Positions 61,291 through 64,000 of a stretch of 64,000 bases of DNA are shown piece by piece (the first letter of the stretch is position 1; each line of letters opens with the position of its first letter). The notes beneath the pieces were generated by a model, which saw nothing but the letters and a program-made list of their open reading frames with translations, was not told the origin of the DNA and searched no databases. The DNA comes from Pseudolabrys sp. (GTDB lineage Bacteria; Pseudomonadota; Alphaproteobacteria; Rhizobiales; Xanthobacteraceae). The DNA is taken from positions 170 to 64,169 of the forward strand of contig DATJYA010000358.1 of NCBI GenBank assembly GCA_035499835.1. Reading direction: 5' to 3'. A program made the position numbers and the translations under genes.

Positions 61291-62340
61291 ATGAACATCA
61301 TGCAGCCCATTCGTCTGAGCCACCTGTCGCACGGCGGCGGTTGCGGCTGCAAGCTGGCGCCATCCGTGCTGCAGCAACTGCTGTCGAGCCATCCGGCAAC
61401 GACGCCCTATAAGCAGTTGCTGGTCGGCGTCGAAACCGGCGACGACGCCGCCGTCTGGGAACTCGACAACGGCACCTGCATCATCGCCACCACCGATTTC
61501 TTCATGCCGATGGTGGACGAGCCGCGCGATTTCGGACGCATCGCGGCTACCAACGCGATCTCCGATGTCTATGCGATGGGCGGCGCACCGATCATGGCGC
61601 TCGCCATTCTCGGCATGCCGGTCGACAAAATCCCGCCCGAGATGGTGCGCAAAATCCTGGAAGGCGGCGCATCGGTCTGCGAGGCAGCCGGCATTCCCAT
61701 CGCCGGAGGCCATTCCATCGATTCACCGGAGCCGATCTATGGTCTTGCCGTCATCGGCACTGGAACAAAAGGCAACATACGGCGCAATTCCGATGCCAAG
61801 GCCGGCGACAAGCTGATTCTCACGAAAGCGCTCGGCGTCGGCATTTATTCTGCCGCCTTCAAGAAAGGTGCGCTTTCCCCTAGCGGATATGAGGAGTTTA
61901 TTGCGACCACGACATTGCTCAATCGTGTCGGCACCAAACTCGCCAAAGAAGCCGCCGTTCACGCGATGACCGACGTCACTGGGTTCGGCCTGCTCGGGCA
62001 TACATTGGAAATGGCGCGCGGCTCAAACAAAACGGTGGCGATCAATTCTTCGACACTGCTGTACCTCAAGGAGGCCGCCGCGCTCGCGCAGAAGGGCTTC
62101 ATCACCGGCGCGTCGGGACGGAATTGGAAGAGCTACGATATGAACGTCACACTTCCCGACGATACCCTGGAATGGCAGCGGCAGTTGTATTGCGATCCTC
62201 AGACCTCGGGCGGATTGCTGGTGTCGTGCGCGGCGCACCGCGCCGCGGCATTGCTCGACATAATCGTGGCCGACGGCTACCCGGCCGCGCGGATCATCGG
62301 CAGCGTCGAGAACGGCGAAGCGCGCGTCGTCGTTGAATAG
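61291..62340 (+). CDS. selD: Selenide, water dikinase (Cys-type)
   Basis: [39 protein letters not shown] and DPQTSGGLL. Confidence 0.96.
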   Translation: MNIMQPIRLSHLSHGGGCGCKLAPSVLQQLLSSHPATTPYKQLLVGVETGDDAAVWELDNGTCIIATTDFFMPMVDEPRDFGRIAATNAISDVYAMGGAPIMALAILGMPVDKIPPEMVRKILEGGASVCEAAGIPIAGGHSIDSPEPIYGLAVIGTGTKGNIRRNSDAKAGDKLILTKALGVGIYSAAFKKGALSPSGYEEFIATTTLLNRVGTKLAKEAAVHAMTDVTGFGLLGHTLEMARGSNKTVAINSSTLLYLKEAAALAQKGFITGASGRNWKSYDMNVTLPDDTLEWQRQLYCDPQTSGGLLVSCAAHRAAALLDIIVADGYPAARIIGSVENGEARVVVE

Positions 62341-62430
62341 TCAGGCCCGACTTGATGTCTGCTTCCGGCGGCCCCAGCTACCTGTCGAAAGGCGAGCTGG
62401 TGGACGATTCGTCGAGAAGCTGCCGGCGAC

Positions 62431-62464
62431 CGCACTGGCTGGCTGAGGTGGCAGGATTCGAACC
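62431..62464 (-). mobile_element. tRNA 3'-end-like att remnant (tRNA-Gln-like)
   Basis: Minus strand GG-TTCGAAT-CCTGC-CACCTCA-G-CCA has exact T-loop, 5-nt, 7-nt, discriminator and CCA spacing, but no 5' half of a tRNA upstream. Confidence 0.55.
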
Positions 62465-62690
62465 ACGAGAGAGAGGTAGTCGATTACTCTGTCGCCAATG
62501 CGAAGAAAGCCATCGGACTTTGTGGCCCCGTGTAGCCCCAAGAGCCGATTTCATGACTAGCTGAGATTTCGCCCGCTCAGCAAACGCCGGAAGCGATGGC
62601 AATTCCGGCGCCAGCGCAACCTCCTTCGGCTGCATAGTCGCCGCCACCGTCAGGGTCCAAACCGCGACGGTCGGTATCCGGAACCAGGGG

Positions 62691-63752
62691 CTAGGCCGGC
62701 CCGGTCTGCAATTTGTCGTAGCCTTTTACACGATAGATCATGGTCGAGATAATCCAACTGGCCATAAATATGCCGACGACGACGTAACCGAAATTCGTCA
62801 AATTGTCGTTGAGCCCTCCGATAACGCTCCAGATCCCACCTTCGAGTCCAAGCTTGTCTCCGAGGAGGCCCAGGGCTTCGATCCCACCTATAAAAATTGC
62901 GACGACGACTGAAGCGGCAGTGATCGTCAGATTGTACCAGAGCTTCCTGATCGGGTGGACGAAGGCCCAGCCATAGGCCTTGGTCATCAACACACTGTCG
63001 GTAGTGTCCATGAGCGACATGCCGGCGGTGAACAGCGCGGGAAAAACCATGATCGTCCAGAAGGACATGCCTTGGGCGGCCTGGGTCGCCGAGATGCCAA
63101 GCAGTCCTATCTCTGTCGCCGTATCGAAGCCGAGGCCGAATAAAAATCCGATTGGGTACATCTGCCATGATCGCGAAATCAACCGGAACATGGGGTGGAA
63201 AAGGCGGGCAAAAAACCCCCGGCCGGCCAGCAGAGTGTCGAGATCTTCTTCAATAATTCTCTCACCGCCGCGCGCTCGCTTGAACGCTGACCAAATGGCC
63301 TTGAGGATGAAGAGATTGGCGACACCGATTGCCAGAAGGAACGCTGCGGATACGGCAGTTCCAATGATGCCGCCGATATTGTGAAACTGATCGAGCTTGC
63401 TCTGCATGGCCGCCGCCGTGGCGGCAATGACGACGGACGCCAGCACCACGATAGTGGAATGACCGAGCGAAAAGAAAAAGCCCACCGAAAATGGCCGCTT
63501 GTTCTCCTGCATCAACTTGCGCACGACGTTGTCGATGGCCGCGATATGATCCGCGTCGAACGCATGCCGAAGCCCGAACATATAGGCGAGCATTGCAGTG
63601 CCGAGCAAAACTGGCCGATCCGCGAAAGCAGCCCATGCCCAAATCCAGGCCGCCGCGTTGGCGGCAATTAAAACCGCGTAGGCGACCGCGGCTTTGACTT
63701 TGACGTTGCTGGACAGGTCGTCGAAGGGATTTGGCAGCACCATTTTGGTCAT
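62691..63752 (-). CDS. NiCoT-family (HoxN/NixA) nickel/cobalt permease
   Basis: GLRHAFDADHIAAID, FFSLGHST and GFLFGLGFDTATEI. Confidence 0.93.
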   Translation of the reverse strand: MTKMVLPNPFDDLSSNVKVKAAVAYAVLIAANAAAWIWAWAAFADRPVLLGTAMLAYMFGLRHAFDADHIAAIDNVVRKLMQENKRPFSVGFFFSLGHSTIVVLASVVIAATAAAMQSKLDQFHNIGGIIGTAVSAAFLLAIGVANLFILKAIWSAFKRARGGERIIEEDLDTLLAGRGFFARLFHPMFRLISRSWQMYPIGFLFGLGFDTATEIGLLGISATQAAQGMSFWTIMVFPALFTAGMSLMDTTDSVLMTKAYGWAFVHPIRKLWYNLTITAASVVVAIFIGGIEALGLLGDKLGLEGGIWSVIGGLNDNLTNFGYVVVGIFMASWIISTMIYRVKGYDKLQTGPA

Positions 63753-63771
63753 CCTCGGGATCGCCCGCAGA

Positions 63772-63799
63772 GTATGATGATTTATTTATATCATCATAT
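63772..63799. promoter_or_regulatory. NikR operator
   Basis: GTATGA-N16-TCATAT (consensus GTATGA-N16-TCATAC), containing a perfect 9-bp IR TATGATGAT/ATCATCATA, about 20 bp upstream of the NiCoT start. Confidence 0.8.
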
Positions 63800-63847
63800 T
63801 TGCGGACGTGGCAATCTCTATCGAGCATTAATCGGGGCGACTTCGAA

Positions 63848-64000
63848 ATGTGCGGCGATCGCGTGAGAGATTCGTGTTTCGCGTCTTTGGTTTGGGCTGT
63901 GCTCAGCGCATTCCTCGCAAGTCAGATCAGTGACGCTCAAGCCGAAGATGCCGGTAAGCCGCCGTCGATCTGGGACCAGGACACGCTCACCGGCGACTGG
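63848..64000 (+). CDS. OprB-family porin, N-terminus (runs off the right edge)
   Basis: MCGDRVRDSCFASLVWAVLSAFLASQISDAQAEDAGKPPSIWDQDTLTGDW: a signal peptide followed by the LTGDW(GG) OprB N-terminal motif. Confidence 0.6.
   Translation, partial: MCGDRVRDSCFASLVWAVLSAFLASQISDAQAEDAGKPPSIWDQDTLTGDW

Noticed and set aside
62380-62520. Intact tRNA gene
   Set aside because: Only the T-loop-to-CCA part is present. The 5' T-stem, anticodon and D arms are missing.
62465-62560. Missing N-terminal half of the kinase (DGFLRIGD resembles subdomain VII)
   Set aside because: No HRD or DFG, and joining it to the remnant gives an in-frame stop.

Overview
GC-rich alphaproteobacterial (Rhizobiales-like) chromosomal window that reads as a mosaic of modules. 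(1) 1-5.6 kb: the 5' part of a secreted TPR/CHAT-type protein, divergent from three envelope hypotheticals. (2) 5.7-17.3 kb: an XylD-like sugar-acid dehydratase, an SDR and two convergent CUT1 ABC transporters. (3) 17.5-26.4 kb: a Pat-type acetyltransferase, then a DUF47/PhoU-domain protein, a PPDK lacking its pyruvate domain and MgtA, behind an FNR/FixK-like box. (4) 27.3-43.6 kb: an amine/amino-acid catabolic cluster with a Dpp-type ABC importer, flanked by AT-richer DNA. (5) 43.9-45.1 kb: a Ser/Thr kinase remnant cut by a phased AACAGGGAA repeat array. (6) 45.2-62.5 kb: a selenocysteine formate dehydrogenase locus. It holds fdnG (in-frame UGA198 plus SECIS), fdnH, fdnI, fdhE, selA, a Sel1-repeat gene and selB with tRNA-Sec nested inside its reading frame. 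Two unknown genes, a broken lipoate ligase, DsrE and an LbpA/GcvH-like lipoyl carrier follow. The divergent arm carries TlpA, a Tat transglutaminase, TusA, a NifS-like enzyme and selD, and ends at a tRNA 3'-end-like att remnant. (7) 62.7-64 kb: a NiCoT permease and an OprB-like porin divergent around a NikR box. The best candidate for an undescribed system is the sulfur/selenium-carrier set (LbpA-like, DsrE, TusA, NifS, SelD) packaged with a Sec-FDH that has no fdhD here, on what looks like an integrated ~17.5-kb element. All calls come from reading motifs by eye; no database searches were run.
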